DNA from: Pocillopora damicornis
Lineage: Eukaryota
Assembly: GCF_003704095.1 (NCBI RefSeq)
Contig: NW_020843716.1
Coordinates: 186,001-250,000 of the forward strand
Direction of reading: 5' to 3'
DNA: 64,000 nucleotides
The notes under the pieces are model-generated. The model did not search any database, was not told where the DNA came from, and worked only from the letters and a program-made list of their open reading frames with translations. Positions 42,846 to 54,966 of this stretch are shown here, piece by piece. Positions within the stretch are counted from its first letter, which is position 1. Each line of letters starts with the position of its first letter. A program made the translations under genes and the position numbers.

Positions 42846-43574
42846 CCTAAATAAAAAGATATGTGCCATTTCCTATGAACGCCGGAAGATATCAAGGCTG
42901 CTGGCCCTTAAAAGGCGTGAAAACGGCAGCTCTCTGTCAATTTGTACTTAACTGTGGGATTTAATTATCCAGTTTGCTGGGATATTAGATCATGAAAAGC
43001 ATTAAACCACAAGAAACCACCGTACCCGCAAACATTGCTCCAGGCCTTGACACTACTACCCTTTGCATGACAAAGCAATCTGATAGTATTAATTCTTTGT
43101 TCTCAGTCTATTTTTAAAACGAAGGCTCAAAGCTGTTCAGTTCAGATCAGTTAACAATGTCTATTAATTGATCGCTTCCAAGTTTGACAGAAATTGAGAG
43201 CGCTATGACGTAATTTTGTGGTGTGCCCAATCACTTGTGTTTCTTCATGAGTGACGAACGGTGTATTCAAATCTGCGAAATAGGTGCGTTGTTATGTTGA
43301 TTGTGGTTGAAACTGTCTTTACAATCAGACACAGACAAAGCAGCTGCTGAGTTTTACCTTCTTGAACGGAAGCTTTTGAAAGGCATGGTTACTTCCCTGC
43401 TGGGGCTACAGCGGCTGAATGAAAAAATTCAGCTCAATTTATAACTGAAGACCCTGATTGCGCAGCGTGGTGTCTTTGAGTCTTTCTAGAAAGTGAAAGC
43501 GTCCAACTGTGACCTGTTAACGGGAGAAACCTATTTTATCCCGGCCCTAAAGACAAAACAAACAGCTTGTCACG

Positions 43575-44729
43575 ATGATTTCTTCAAACGCAAACAACAT
43601 ATCCGTGGTTTTGGACCATGCTGGTTCGGACAGAAATGATACTTCTACGCCAACAAAATGTGCCGCTTTCACTGTTGGACCCATGGAAATTTATGTCACA
43701 ATACATGTTCTCACTCTTTTAGTGTCCTTGGTGGGAAACATTCTTATCATTGCTGCTTATGTGAGAATGAAGGAAAATATTTTGCTCCCTATCGCCAACA
43801 TGGCTGCATCTGATCTGCTGACTGCACTCTTTCTAATGCCTCGCCTTTTAACAAGAGAGTTCACTCGATCCAACGTTTTCCTCGTTCGAGGAGGTACAGG
43901 TACATTTCTGTGCAAGATGTGTACTTTTCTAAGCGACGTATCGTTGTCTGTGTCGACCCAGAGCGTATTGCTTATAGCCACTGAACGATTCCTTGCTATT
44001 GTTTATCCACTTCTGTATAAGAAGGTGTTCACGGTGAAAAGACGCTATCTCTTCGTCGCTTTAACATGGATAGCTTCCATGGCGATTCATTCGCCATACT
44101 TTTACATTTTCCGTCTGTCTGCCGATAACACGTGTCAACCCAACTGGGAACCAGCTTTTGATCATGAGTCGACGCAGCCACGCTACCTGATCTTTCTATT
44201 CATAACAGTTTTGTTTTTACCGCTGCTTTCTATTTCTGTGCTTTATGGTATTATCCATGTTAAACTTCAGAGAGATAAATTGGCTTCGTCTCGAACTGAG
44301 AGAGGGGCTGTAAGACATCAAGAACGCAGCAGGAAGTTACAAAGGATGGGAATAGCTACTATCATTGCGTTCTTACTTTGCTGGACGCTTTATATTGGAA
44401 TAAGTGTTTTCAAACTATTTTCCCCAAATGCTCAACAGAATTGTAATATAGGTTTCAGGATGGTTGATCATATTTCTCGAGTTTTGGTAAGCTGCTATCC
44501 TGCGGTAAATGCGAGCATTTGCTTCATTTTCGTACAGGGCTTTACTCAGCAGCTTATAGGTATGTGTAGACGAAAACGCCAACCATCAGTCACTACTGAA
44601 ATAGTACAAGATTGGTCTGCGGAGAACAACTGCAGTCGCATACGATCTGAATCAGCGCAAACATTGAGCTCGTTACTGATCACGAGAAACGGGAACAATT
44701 GCTCACTCGTTGATTCCCATCTAGTCTAA
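43575..44729 (+). CDS. Orphan class A GPCR, 384 aa
   Basis: 7TM; NMAASDL, ERF, CWTL, TM7 NASIC. Confidence 0.95.
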   Translation: MISSNANNISVVLDHAGSDRNDTSTPTKCAAFTVGPMEIYVTIHVLTLLVSLVGNILIIAAYVRMKENILLPIANMAASDLLTALFLMPRLLTREFTRSNVFLVRGGTGTFLCKMCTFLSDVSLSVSTQSVLLIATERFLAIVYPLLYKKVFTVKRRYLFVALTWIASMAIHSPYFYIFRLSADNTCQPNWEPAFDHESTQPRYLIFLFITVLFLPLLSISVLYGIIHVKLQRDKLASSRTERGAVRHQERSRKLQRMGIATIIAFLLCWTLYIGISVFKLFSPNAQQNCNIGFRMVDHISRVLVSCYPAVNASICFIFVQGFTQQLIGMCRRKRQPSVTTEIVQDWSAENNCSRIRSESAQTLSSLLITRNGNNCSLVDSHLV

Positions 44730-46067
44730 GACCCATCTTTTCTTTGTCTTAGACTAGTCTAGAATTGATTAATAGAAATGCCCAGTTGAAAACAAGCTAA
44801 TTTGCATACTTAGATGTGCGACTTTCTGATGAAATTTACATTCTAATTTCATCATGTTATTGTTTTAAGCGATCGAGTGCAAGTCTGGTAAACCGATGTG
44901 TTTATGAAGCACTTTTCCCTCGAGATAGTTACTCGCAAATGGTTAAGTATGCAATTTTTTATCAACTTAATGAGTTTTGGAAATAAAATATTCACGAAAT
45001 GGAATTTTTCGAAACTTGTTTCGTCGATCTTGCGGTCGCTTCTCGTGACTTGGGTGAACGTGTCGAGTATCATTTGGCACGCAAACCTTAGATTAGGGCA
45101 CTTCAGTTGCTCATAGCAACGCTACCTACCCGTACGTGAATTTCATTCAATCATTAACATGAACAGTGTCTTAAGAAGAACGTTAATGAAAATAAATCGG
45201 CCTATGTAGATCAGTACTGGACGAGGAATCAATGATGCAAATACCAGCTGCTTTTTTTTTTCCCACCTGCCATTTGTCAATCTACCGTTTTCCATAAAGT
45301 ATTTCTACATCAGTTTTTCTCCACTCATCTCTTATTCTCCTTCTTAGAAAAAAAATAACTCCCAATCCCAAAATCAAAATATTCTACTAAAAAGAAGCTG
45401 CAGCCTACTGGTGCTCTTAGGGAGAATGTGACACGTGGTACAGATCCAAGGGATCTGTAAACTATCTATTCTTTACCTCTACTTGTGAATCATTTACCCA
45501 ATCCAATTAAATAATCGTGGTGATGAACCCTTCCTAGATTTTTTTTGAAGGTCCGTTTTTTGTTACCATCCCTCTGGGGAGGAGTAGTGGATAGAGTAGA
45601 CTCGATCTGGCCTGCCTAACCCGTTCGGTTTCTCTGATGCACGTACTGCAAACATGTATACCTGATTTAGGTGTTCTGTGTTAATCATATGATTTGATAA
45701 CATGAGGCTTCTGTTAAATGTTGGCAGGTCAAGTTTGCGAGCGTATCCAGTGTCTTGCCTAAGAACACAACACAGTAAATAGACAAGGGCCCAGACCTCG
45801 GCCATTCGATCCGAGATTTAACTGGTGAATGCTTATAGACTTCTTTCAAAAATGCCGAGCCTAATTTCTATACTTTCACTTCACTGCAAGTGATTTTCAA
45901 GCATCTTTGCGTCTTCTCTCTACATCCTACCTGGTTTCATCATGTTGTAAAATCCAGGAAACGATTTTAGTGCTTTATTGATAAAAAAGAAAATTTACAT
46001 CTAAAATGACATGACTCTTAGCAAGCCGAGAGGTGTCCCATGCAAATTACTGTGATATGTTTTCACT

Positions 46068-47168
46068 TCAAATAATATGCGTGGGCAGCTTTTTCCTATA
46101 TCGTCGCATTTTACCCCCATTTGTATCGCGTTGATGGTTCCGTTTGCACATTGCACTCAATTCGCGAGAAAAGACTTTTAGGAACATAAAACAAATACAA
46201 GGATTAACAGCGCAGTAAGAGGTTACTAACACCCGAGATATAAAATAAATTATTTGAAACGTTTCGCTGCATTCAGGAACTGACGTAGGTGAAAAAAGCT
46301 GCAGAAAAGTAATAACAACAAAGAGCGTCCAACATGTCAAAAACGCTGTTAAAGTAGCTGTGACCATCTTTTTTAAATTATTGTTACGTTCATATTTTCT
46401 GCGAGCTCTATTTTCACTCAGACCTGTCACCATTTTGTCAACCCTCCGAAGCTTAATCATCGTCGTAAGGCACAAGATTGCCACCACAAGGAGGGGTATA
46501 AATACAACTGTAACGTATAAAAAGGTGACATAGTGTAATTGAGCTGATCCATTGCTAAAGGCGGGTTCCCAGCTTGGCACACAAAACAAGGTTCCTGTGC
46601 CATTTTGTTTTTTATGTGTAATCAGTCGAAAAATGTAGAAATAGGGCGAGTGCAATGCCATGGCCAGGATCCACGTGACGGCAATGAGCACATAGCGAGT
46701 TCTCACGGTGACTTTCCTGTACAAGAAAGGATACACTACAGCCAAGAAGCGCTCCGCGGCGATCAATATCAAGTTCTGTGTTGATACCGACAGAGACACG
46801 TCACTCAAGAAAGTGGACATCTTACAGAGAAGTAGTCCTCCTAATCCGTGAACAAGGAAGGCGTTGGATCTGGTGATTTCTCTTGTTATCAAGCGAGGGA
46901 TCAGAAAAACTCCGACAAATAGATCAGAGGCCGCCATGTTGGCAATAAAGACAGCGATCTTTTGTTTCATTCTTGCGAACGCAAGTATAAGAAGTGTGTT
47001 TCCTGCTAGAGCAATTAACAACGTAGAAACATGTATTAAAACCATTGTTACTTGTATCGGACTCATGTTTACTCCAAGTTTTTCGCAATTTTCTTGTGGA
47101 GAAGTTGTGGTGTTGTGGAAACCTCCAACGTCCAAATTATCAGAGGAAACATTTACTCCGAGAGCCAT
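46068..47168 (-). CDS. Orphan class A GPCR, 366 aa
   Basis: 7TM; NMAASDL, ERF, CWTL, NPCIC. Confidence 0.95.
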   Translation of the reverse strand: MALGVNVSSDNLDVGGFHNTTTSPQENCEKLGVNMSPIQVTMVLIHVSTLLIALAGNTLLILAFARMKQKIAVFIANMAASDLFVGVFLIPRLITREITRSNAFLVHGLGGLLLCKMSTFLSDVSLSVSTQNLILIAAERFLAVVYPFLYRKVTVRTRYVLIAVTWILAMALHSPYFYIFRLITHKKQNGTGTLFCVPSWEPAFSNGSAQLHYVTFLYVTVVFIPLLVVAILCLTTMIKLRRVDKMVTGLSENRARRKYERNNNLKKMVTATLTAFLTCWTLFVVITFLQLFSPTSVPECSETFQIIYFISRVLVTSYCAVNPCICFMFLKVFSRELSAMCKRNHQRDTNGGKMRRYRKKLPTHII

Positions 47169-50100
47169 TGTGCCGCTGTTTGTTTAAGAACACTGCCTCC
47201 TCTTTCGATCTTTTGTTCAATTAGTCTTAGCGCCGTCTTGGGCCCGGTTATTATAGACTCGAACAATGAATTGATTTAAATTGAAAAATTATTCAGCCCA
47301 GCATATCTCCCAAGCAAATTAATTCGAGAAATCATCGAGATTTCTGTAGAAATTCTGTATTTATAGTTATACAAAAAGCCTATGCTATCGATATGGTCCA
47401 AGTACTTTTAAATTCTAAAGTAAAAACTTCATTTGTCTCGGAAATACAGCATTAGAAAGTTACAATACAATTTGATAGTCAAAATATCGATTACGAATTG
47501 ATAATATCTGAATTGTTGATACAATTTTCAAATTCACAGGTTTGTTTGACCGAAATAATGATCTACCTGGAAAGGATTCATCAACAATACCATTACACTT
47601 GAGAAAGACCCCTATTGATTTTCATGTTTGTTTTGTCATTTCATGTTTGTTTTGAAGGGAATCTCCAGAGGACATACTTGCCAGAATTTAGAACAAAGTC
47701 TAATTTCAAGCGATCTCTCTTGGATGAAATTGATCTTCGTAAAAACTATTTATAATTTAAATGCAAAGCCTCATATCCTCGCCTGATGCGTGACTCATCA
47801 AATAAATCGGCGAGCCTTACTTGCGCCCGAGCTCTGAGAGGAGTTAAACTCCTCACGAAGCAATTATAATACTTTGCTGATGCTCTCTGTATCCATAGTT
47901 GCGGTTGATGTGAAATAATTACATAATTGTGAAAGAAACCTGTCACCCAGTGCACCAGCATGTTGCACAAGGANNNNNNNNNNTGAGGGGGAGGGGGGGG
48001 TGGAGGTTTATAAAATGGTTTTACCATAATCAGTTTTAGTAGTCGACTGAAATATCGTATAGACAGAAGACCACAGATAGCATATAAATTAGTTATAAGA
48101 TATGAGAGTGCTTTCGTTTGGAAGATTATTATGAATTTTTGCATGAGTTATCTTGGAATAACAGTGGAAATAATGGAAAATAAAAAGAAATGAAAATTTC
48201 CTCTAAAAGGAGGCTTGTCTAATAATTCACGGTCGTAATTAATATCACAATTTTATATACCACCGTGCGCGACTGGCTTCAAATTACGCCAAAAAAAATT
48301 AACTGCATCGTTTTCATGTCGACATTAACTCACCTTCAGGGTTGTTTGAGGCACAAAATGTTTCAATACATATCTGCGTGTCGAACTGGGTTTCAGGTGA
48401 ACCATTCTCACGCGGAGGTAAGTTAAGTCAAATTGCTGATTGTATTCCTGCTTTTAATAACGTTTTTAACCCTCGAGTCATTTTGTTGCGACCAACTTTT
48501 CCATGTGGCTCTTATCTGACTTAATTATCTTACCCAGCGTGGGCACGCTTATGGATTACCTCTTTGTGTTTTATAAAAAAGCTTTTTGTTTAAAACACAC
48601 CTCCATATTATTTGGCATGCTGACATTTACTGTCGATTGTATGGCGAATCTGATTGTTAGAAGCTTAACAGATGCAGATCAAAGACTATTATGTCGCAAA
48701 AGTGTTGTTTATTCTTCATCGAAGTTATAATTTTACAGGAACCTTTAATAGCTTACCTCACGATTCAGACTACTTGGGAACTTAAGCAAACCGCCACCGC
48801 GAAAGTAACGAGGACATGGGAAAACAAAAGAACAAATGGAAGAACAATAGCTTAGCTCTTGCTTTCTAGAACTCATATGCAAAACAAAACGTGAAAGTTT
48901 CGTGGTCTGAGAACGGAAATCCTGACGGAAAATGATTTAAGATCCCGTTTTGAGCTTAATGCTGCTCATATGCCCTATGCTTAAGTTAAGGTGTAGCGCT
49001 GTAATTGACCGTAAACAAATCCAGACTGTTGCAAAATTCTACCTTAAAATTGAAATTTATTTTTTAGCGCCTTCAGTCTTCCTCGGCGTTGACGTAAAGA
49101 CTGCAACTGGTAGTTATCAATATTCCATCTCGCCGCTTCGATAAAACTAGTCGTGGTCTTCATCAAGCGATAAGGCCGAATGATCATGACACCACGTCAT
49201 AAATGCATGTCGTAACAAGTAGGCCGCCCTATCGAGGGGGAACAAGCGGAGAGGAAACCCGTGGGAATAGAGCGTGAGAGGGAAACAGAAGGATGAAAAT
49301 GCAATTGGAAGCTGTCTGAATGAGCTCAATTTGTTATTCAATGCTGTTTATGGAACGTTTTGTTTTGCTTTGTTTTGTTTTTTTCTTTTAACAAGAAAAA
49401 GTAAGTGATCCACTTAGGTAAGTCGCAGCACATGAAAGGAAAGGAGGGGGTTAATTTCTAAAGAAAATGTGGTGCTGCGTCCGTGGGAGAGTATAACAAG
49501 GTAATTTGGTATTCGCAACTTAGTTGACAACTTAAATTGGCCACTTCTAAGAGTCTCAAAGCTGACGTTTCGAGCGCTAGCCCCTAATCAGAGCGAATGT
49601 GATCCTTCCGAAGTTTCGCTTCATTTAAAAAAAAAAGCCTTTAACTGAAAATTCAGGCTTTGATGGATTCCAACCCGTCCCTCACTTCCAGATTTTATTA
49701 GGGCGCTGTTACCAGTTGAGCTACAAAACGTATTGGGAGCGAAGCAAATTTCGTGAAATTTAGTAGGAATATGCATGACCATATTTTGCCCTGCGGTTGA
49801 CGATGAACGAGTGATAAACAATTGAAGATCTGATCCTCTCAGATAAGCTGCGAGAAAGCGAGCTTACCTGCGCGGATCACTTATTTATAAACCACAGTTC
49901 AAAATATGATTAATTTCATTCACTTATGGGACATTTTTGGTTGTCTGCGTAGTTTGCTGTTTCAGACAGAGTTAACTCCCACCTTTTATCCTCTCCACAC
50001 GGGTCAAATTAAGTCATCAGAGCTGATTTAATAAACTTCAAAGAGTGGTTCATGTGCCAAGGCTATTTCATCACCTGTTATCAAATAGAAAATTCTAAAT

Positions 50101-53100
50101 ATTTTATGGTTCATTTCACGTTAATGTGAAGTATCAGGCGTCTGAGTTTATTTATAGCTTCATCCTTTCACTCTCAAGTTTACAAACCAATAATACCCAT
50201 TCAGTTGCACCGTCAGCTCTGAGTATTGATGTAAAGTCAAACGGTATCGCCGCCTAGTTGATATTTCTTTTTCTTTCCATTATCATTCTGCTTAAGAGTA
50301 TCGTGATATGTCGAGGATAAGTTCCCTTTTGGTCCCTGCTGGGGAGAAAATGTAAAAGAAAAAGGCGACTTACAAGATTGATCTGTGACCACATGTAAGC
50401 GCCGTTTGTTGCCCAGACGAACTGGATCCTCGCTTCTTGTCTATAGCTAATTTGTGATCGCAACATTTAATCTGTTTCACTCCAATAAATGATAGATTAC
50501 AATTAAGGATAACAGCGATAACTATGATTTCAATTCACGACAGGCAAAGTCCATCTCCCTTTAGAAAAGATCACACAGGGAGAGTTGGGTACAGGTCGGT
50601 AAACGTCCCACCGATTTTCGCATAGATTGATCAGTAAGCTTCCTTTAGCAGAAAAAAAAAATATCTTATATATCCTCGTTAAACCTTAATCTCTTTTTTT
50701 AAACTTCATGTGAGGTAACAACAAACCAACTAACATTCCATCTCGGTCTTTAGCAAACTTCTTAGAGAAATGAAAGGGCAATTATTGATAAGTTTGGCTC
50801 AACTTGTAGTCAGGGAACGAGAGCAATATATCTAAGTGAGGGGGGGAGGGGGGAGGTGGAAGGACGGGGCACAAAAGTACCTCGATGGAAGAGTGAGGTG
50901 GATAAATGAGAATTTTTGTTCTCATTTCGTATTTCCTTGTGCATACCGAAAATAAAACATGCTTACAAATTTCTTCATCATTGTAGTTTTTTTGTTTTCT
51001 ACGAATTAATTAATCCAAGGAAAAACGATGACTTTGATTTGGAGTTTTTTCCTGGTTATTTTCGGTACTTATCGTCTCCGCCAAAAGAAAGAGAAAAAAC
51101 AAGACTTTTGTAACTTTATATCCCGCTGTTTTTATAGTTTGCTTTAAAAACTCCAATGGTGTTTATGGGTGTTCATTTATCAGCTTCAATCGGGCAGCAA
51201 AGCTAAGAATATGGAATTTTGTAGTAATGGTTCACGTGATACGTAATTAAGAGCACATGAATGATAACTACATTCTATCCTTTAGGCTGATGCTGCTGGC
51301 GTTACAGTAATTCTAGCCACGAATGTGAAAGTTCGATCCAATATTCGACTCCCGTCAGTTGTGGTTATTTTTGGTCAATTATATTGCTCTCAGAGTTGAT
51401 CGGATCCACAATATGACGATTATCGTCGGTAGGTGTTCGTTTATCAAAAAAAATTATTCGTAATGTTTCTCTCGTCGTGGCTGCAAAACAGACCTTTTCT
51501 GGCCCAGTTTTCGTCGTCTGTGGTAAGCTTTATGTCCATGGTTTGTTCAGGTTGTCCTTTTTGTGTGGCGGTTAAGGTGTTGTGAAAGTAACGTAATGAA
51601 AGCAATATCGTTTGTCGCGAAGTCGTAAGAATGCACCTTTGTTTGAAGTTCTAAATGATAATTTCTGCAGCAAACATAACAAAACGGTGTTCAGCGATTT
51701 AATTGCTTCTCTGAGCATCTCGCATAGGGTGCAACCGTTTGAAGTGTTTACCGTTGTGGTTGGGTGGGCTTTCAACACGCTTTCGTGTTCATATGTCCTT
51801 TTTGTTTGCGAACAGTAGTGAGTATTAGAACAGAAGGACGTCTGATAGCGACCTTAAGTGACACACTTCAGCCAGCTTATCTGTCAAAATGAAATACTTT
51901 GAGCCTGTTTAATCAACAGTGGCTACAAATACATTCTAAGGAGGCCAACATTATTATAAAATTACAAATCCTGTGACTACAATGACCAACCATATTGTGT
52001 GAGGTCACGTCTATCAACGACTGACTCTAGGAAGCAATGATTCGACCTATCGATCGAAACTGGCAAAAGCTGCCTAAGTCTTTTAGCCAAAACATCTCAG
52101 CCAAGAGGAATTAAATGTTCCACTTTGTTTATCAAGGGGGAATAAAAGGCAAACTTTTGTTTGTCATCAATCATCTTCAATTTCCTTTTACTTCTCTTCT
52201 AGCAGCTGGCAAGACTTAAGCTACTTTGTGTGCCATGTGTTGATTTAATGTGATGAATTTCCTATTAGAATAATTTCAGTAGATCCAACCCTTAGCGCAC
52301 GGATCACATCTCTCGATAGTGAGTGAGATAAAGTTTTACCTGTTGAGAGCGTTTTATATATATATATATATATTTCTTTGCTTTTTCAGCCTTAGAATAA
52401 AGTTTCTTTTCATTCATACAGAACACACCAATTCAGACCAGATACGCTTTTCTAAGAGAGTTCGCCATTGTCCTCCGCCGGGTTCGTTGTTAGGGCGATA
52501 AGATAGGTTCGTATGCTGTAGACATAATAAAGCTTCAATAGAATTACGTCTTGCAGCAGTTCTTTTTCAAAAAGAAGAAATAAGTAAAAAAAAAAAAATG
52601 AAACAACTTTCAACAATTATTCACCGGAGTGCAGGTAAATATTCACCACTCTCATCGACACTGAGGTAAATTATTGTTTTGGTATATATCAGACAATAGC
52701 CAAAATATTTGTAAATTTCTGTTAGTCTAGCGGAAAAATGTCGGAAATGTAACTCTTAATGCGCAGTCTTGTCTCTTCGGCTTGCTAATCACCTCCGAAC
52801 TAGCCAGTTAGCGCGCGCAAAAGGAACTATTCACCACTGTAGTAAAATAACACAAGTTTATCAATTACTCTGACTTTCTCTAATAGTGTACCATGAATTT
52901 ATGTAACAGCAGCCTCGGAAAAACCAGGAGGCCGTGTATCAAATTTCTCTGTCAGTATATCATCTGCCTTATGTTAAGCAGATATCATAACAAAACAAAT
53001 GGGCCATTGGTATACCAAATATTAGTATTCCGACATAAGATACGCAGATAAACTCAGATAAATGAGAGAGAGATTGTTTTTGTTCTCACGTGCCCTAACC

Positions 53101-53299
53101 GAATACATATGTTTCGTATCCCTACACGGACAAGATATTTTCGAAATGGAAATGTGGAAAAAATTTGAAAACAATAGGAACAAACTGCCAAAAAGTATCC
53201 GCTTTAATTGGTGGCACAATTTTACCACTCACTGTTTCCTTTGAGAAGTTGTTTGCATTAATTCAAATGAACAAAGGGCGTAAGTTTCTAAAAAAAAAA

Positions 53300-53535
53300 A
53301 ATACTGTGGCGCTGCGTCGATGGGAGAGTCACGGTATTACAGGGTAATTTAATATTATCAACTGAGTGAATGGCGTAAATTAGCCACCGTAGAGAATTTC
53401 AAAGCTGACGTTTCGAGCGTTAGCCCTTCGTCTATCGCTCTGACGAAGGGCTAACGCTCGAAACGTCGGCTTTTAAACACTTTTCGGTGGCCAATTTACT
53501 TCATCAACTAAGTTGATAATGCTAAATTACCCTGT
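53300..53535. mobile_element. Penelope-like/retrozyme terminal repeat in inverted arrangement; partial copies at ~49465-49600 and ~14560-14700
   Basis: Palindrome aaagctgacgtttcgagcgttagcccttcgtc...gacgaagggctaacgctcgaaacgtcggcttt flanked by inverted ggtaattt...atcaact arms. Confidence 0.75.
53436..53472 (+). ncRNA. Minimal type I hammerhead ribozyme motif
   Basis: CUGACGA (53440-53446), stem II GGGC/UAAC/GCUC, GAAA (53460-53463), CGUC putative cleavage site; this matches minimal hammerheads of Penelope-like elements. Confidence 0.7.
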
Positions 53536-53853
53536 TTACATTAAGGCCTCATTATATTAAGAGTTTGTCACTAATTTTCGACTACATATGCTTGTCACGT
53601 GCAGTTGAATGTAGTTACTTGGCAGACGGAGGAGGAAAAGGTTATCAATATTTATGCAGTTTGTCAATACGATTGCACAAGGACAAGCATCGTCTGACAG
53701 AAAGACCAACAGCGTCATTACTGGTTATTTCGGTAAGGTGAATACTGAAGCATGCACTCTTTGATCTATGGATGAATTAGGCATTTCGGCCAGAAAAATA
53801 CTTCCTTAAGTTCCATGTTTTCTCTGCTTTTTTTCAGGCTTTGTGATCAAGTT

Positions 53854-54966
53854 ATGAATTCAAGTACACAATTCGCTTTAGAGGCTTCGAAGGCTGTGAA
53901 TGCCAGCGACAACAGTACCCTTACTCTGGAAAGTTGTGGTATTGTATTTCCAAATGAGATGATAATCACTATACACTTTTTGACGCTCTTTACGTCCTTG
54001 ATAGGAAACACTCTCCTCATCGTTGCATTTCTGAGAATGAAAGAAACGATACTGCTCCTCATTGCCAACATGGCTGCATCTGACCTACTCTTAGCGCTGG
54101 TTCTTATGCCTGAATATATTATATATGAACTAACTGGGTCCTTCGAATACCACGTTCGTGGTGGTGTAGGTACTTTTCTGTGTAAGATCTGCCCTGTTCT
54201 AAGCGACGCATCATTGTCAGTATCAACCCAAAGCTTAGTCTTGATCGCAGTCGAACGGTTACTGGCACTAATGGCTCCTGTACTCTATAGGAGGATAACC
54301 GATAGTAAACGGAGGATTATCGTCATCTGCACTTGGATTGTGGCCATACTTCTTCACTCGCCCTATTTCTACGCGATGCGACTAGCTTCGATCCATCACG
54401 AAGGTACCTTTATCCAAGTTTGTTATCTAGACTGGGCACCAATTTTTGAACACAGAACAGCACAACTTCGTTATGGTATTTTTTTATACATAACCGTTTT
54501 AATTGTACCTATTCTTGTAATTTCTGTGCTTTACGCTGTAATCGTTTTCAACCAACGAAATGACAAAATGGGCTCCAGTCGAGGTGAAAAGTGTGCAATA
54601 CGAAAGAAACGAAGCGTCAAGAATTTAAAACGGATGGCTGTAGCTACAGTAACGGCACTATTTTTATGCTGGACGCTTTATATCATAGTGTTTACATTCA
54701 AACTTGTCTCTCCAGAGACAGTTCCCAAATGTAGTAAATTTTTCCAAGCGGTGGAAAATGTGTCTAACTTGATAGCAAGCTGTTATTGTGCAGTTAATCC
54801 CTCCCTTTGTTTCATTTTCATCAAAAGTTTTTCGCGTCAGCTAAGTTTTTTGTGTCAACGAAAATCTAATCGACAGCGTGGCGCGAAGTGTACTCACGCG
54901 AATGTCAAAATGGGAGAATCTGGTTCTGTCAGCTGTCTGACGAGATTAAGTTTACGTGGCAGTTAA
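53854..54966 (+). CDS. Orphan class A GPCR, ~370 aa from ATG 53854 (probable 5'UTR intron 53733-53837)
   Basis: 7TM; NMAASDL, ERL, CWTL, NPSLC. The ORF-track ATG at 53815 lies just before a pyrimidine tract ending ttttcag (53837), with a donor gtaag at 53733. Confidence 0.93.
   Translation: MNSSTQFALEASKAVNASDNSTLTLESCGIVFPNEMIITIHFLTLFTSLIGNTLLIVAFLRMKETILLLIANMAASDLLLALVLMPEYIIYELTGSFEYHVRGGVGTFLCKICPVLSDASLSVSTQSLVLIAVERLLALMAPVLYRRITDSKRRIIVICTWIVAILLHSPYFYAMRLASIHHEGTFIQVCYLDWAPIFEHRTAQLRYGIFLYITVLIVPILVISVLYAVIVFNQRNDKMGSSRGEKCAIRKKRSVKNLKRMAVATVTALFLCWTLYIIVFTFKLVSPETVPKCSKFFQAVENVSNLIASCYCAVNPSLCFIFIKSFSRQLSFLCQRKSNRQRGAKCTHANVKMGESGSVSCLTRLSLRGS

Noticed and set aside
10888-54071. 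Recurrent antisense ORFs (e.g. 10888-11265, 17416-17667, 36731-36949, 43757-43981, 46864-47187, 53847-54071) sharing 'RSDAAMLAI'
   Set aside because: They are reverse-strand shadows of the conserved GPCR TM1-TM2 codons, not a separate family.
10817-54966. Assigning specific receptor names (tachykinin, QRFP, orexin receptors)
   Set aside because: Only generic class A similarity is visible; orthology cannot be supported from the sequence alone.
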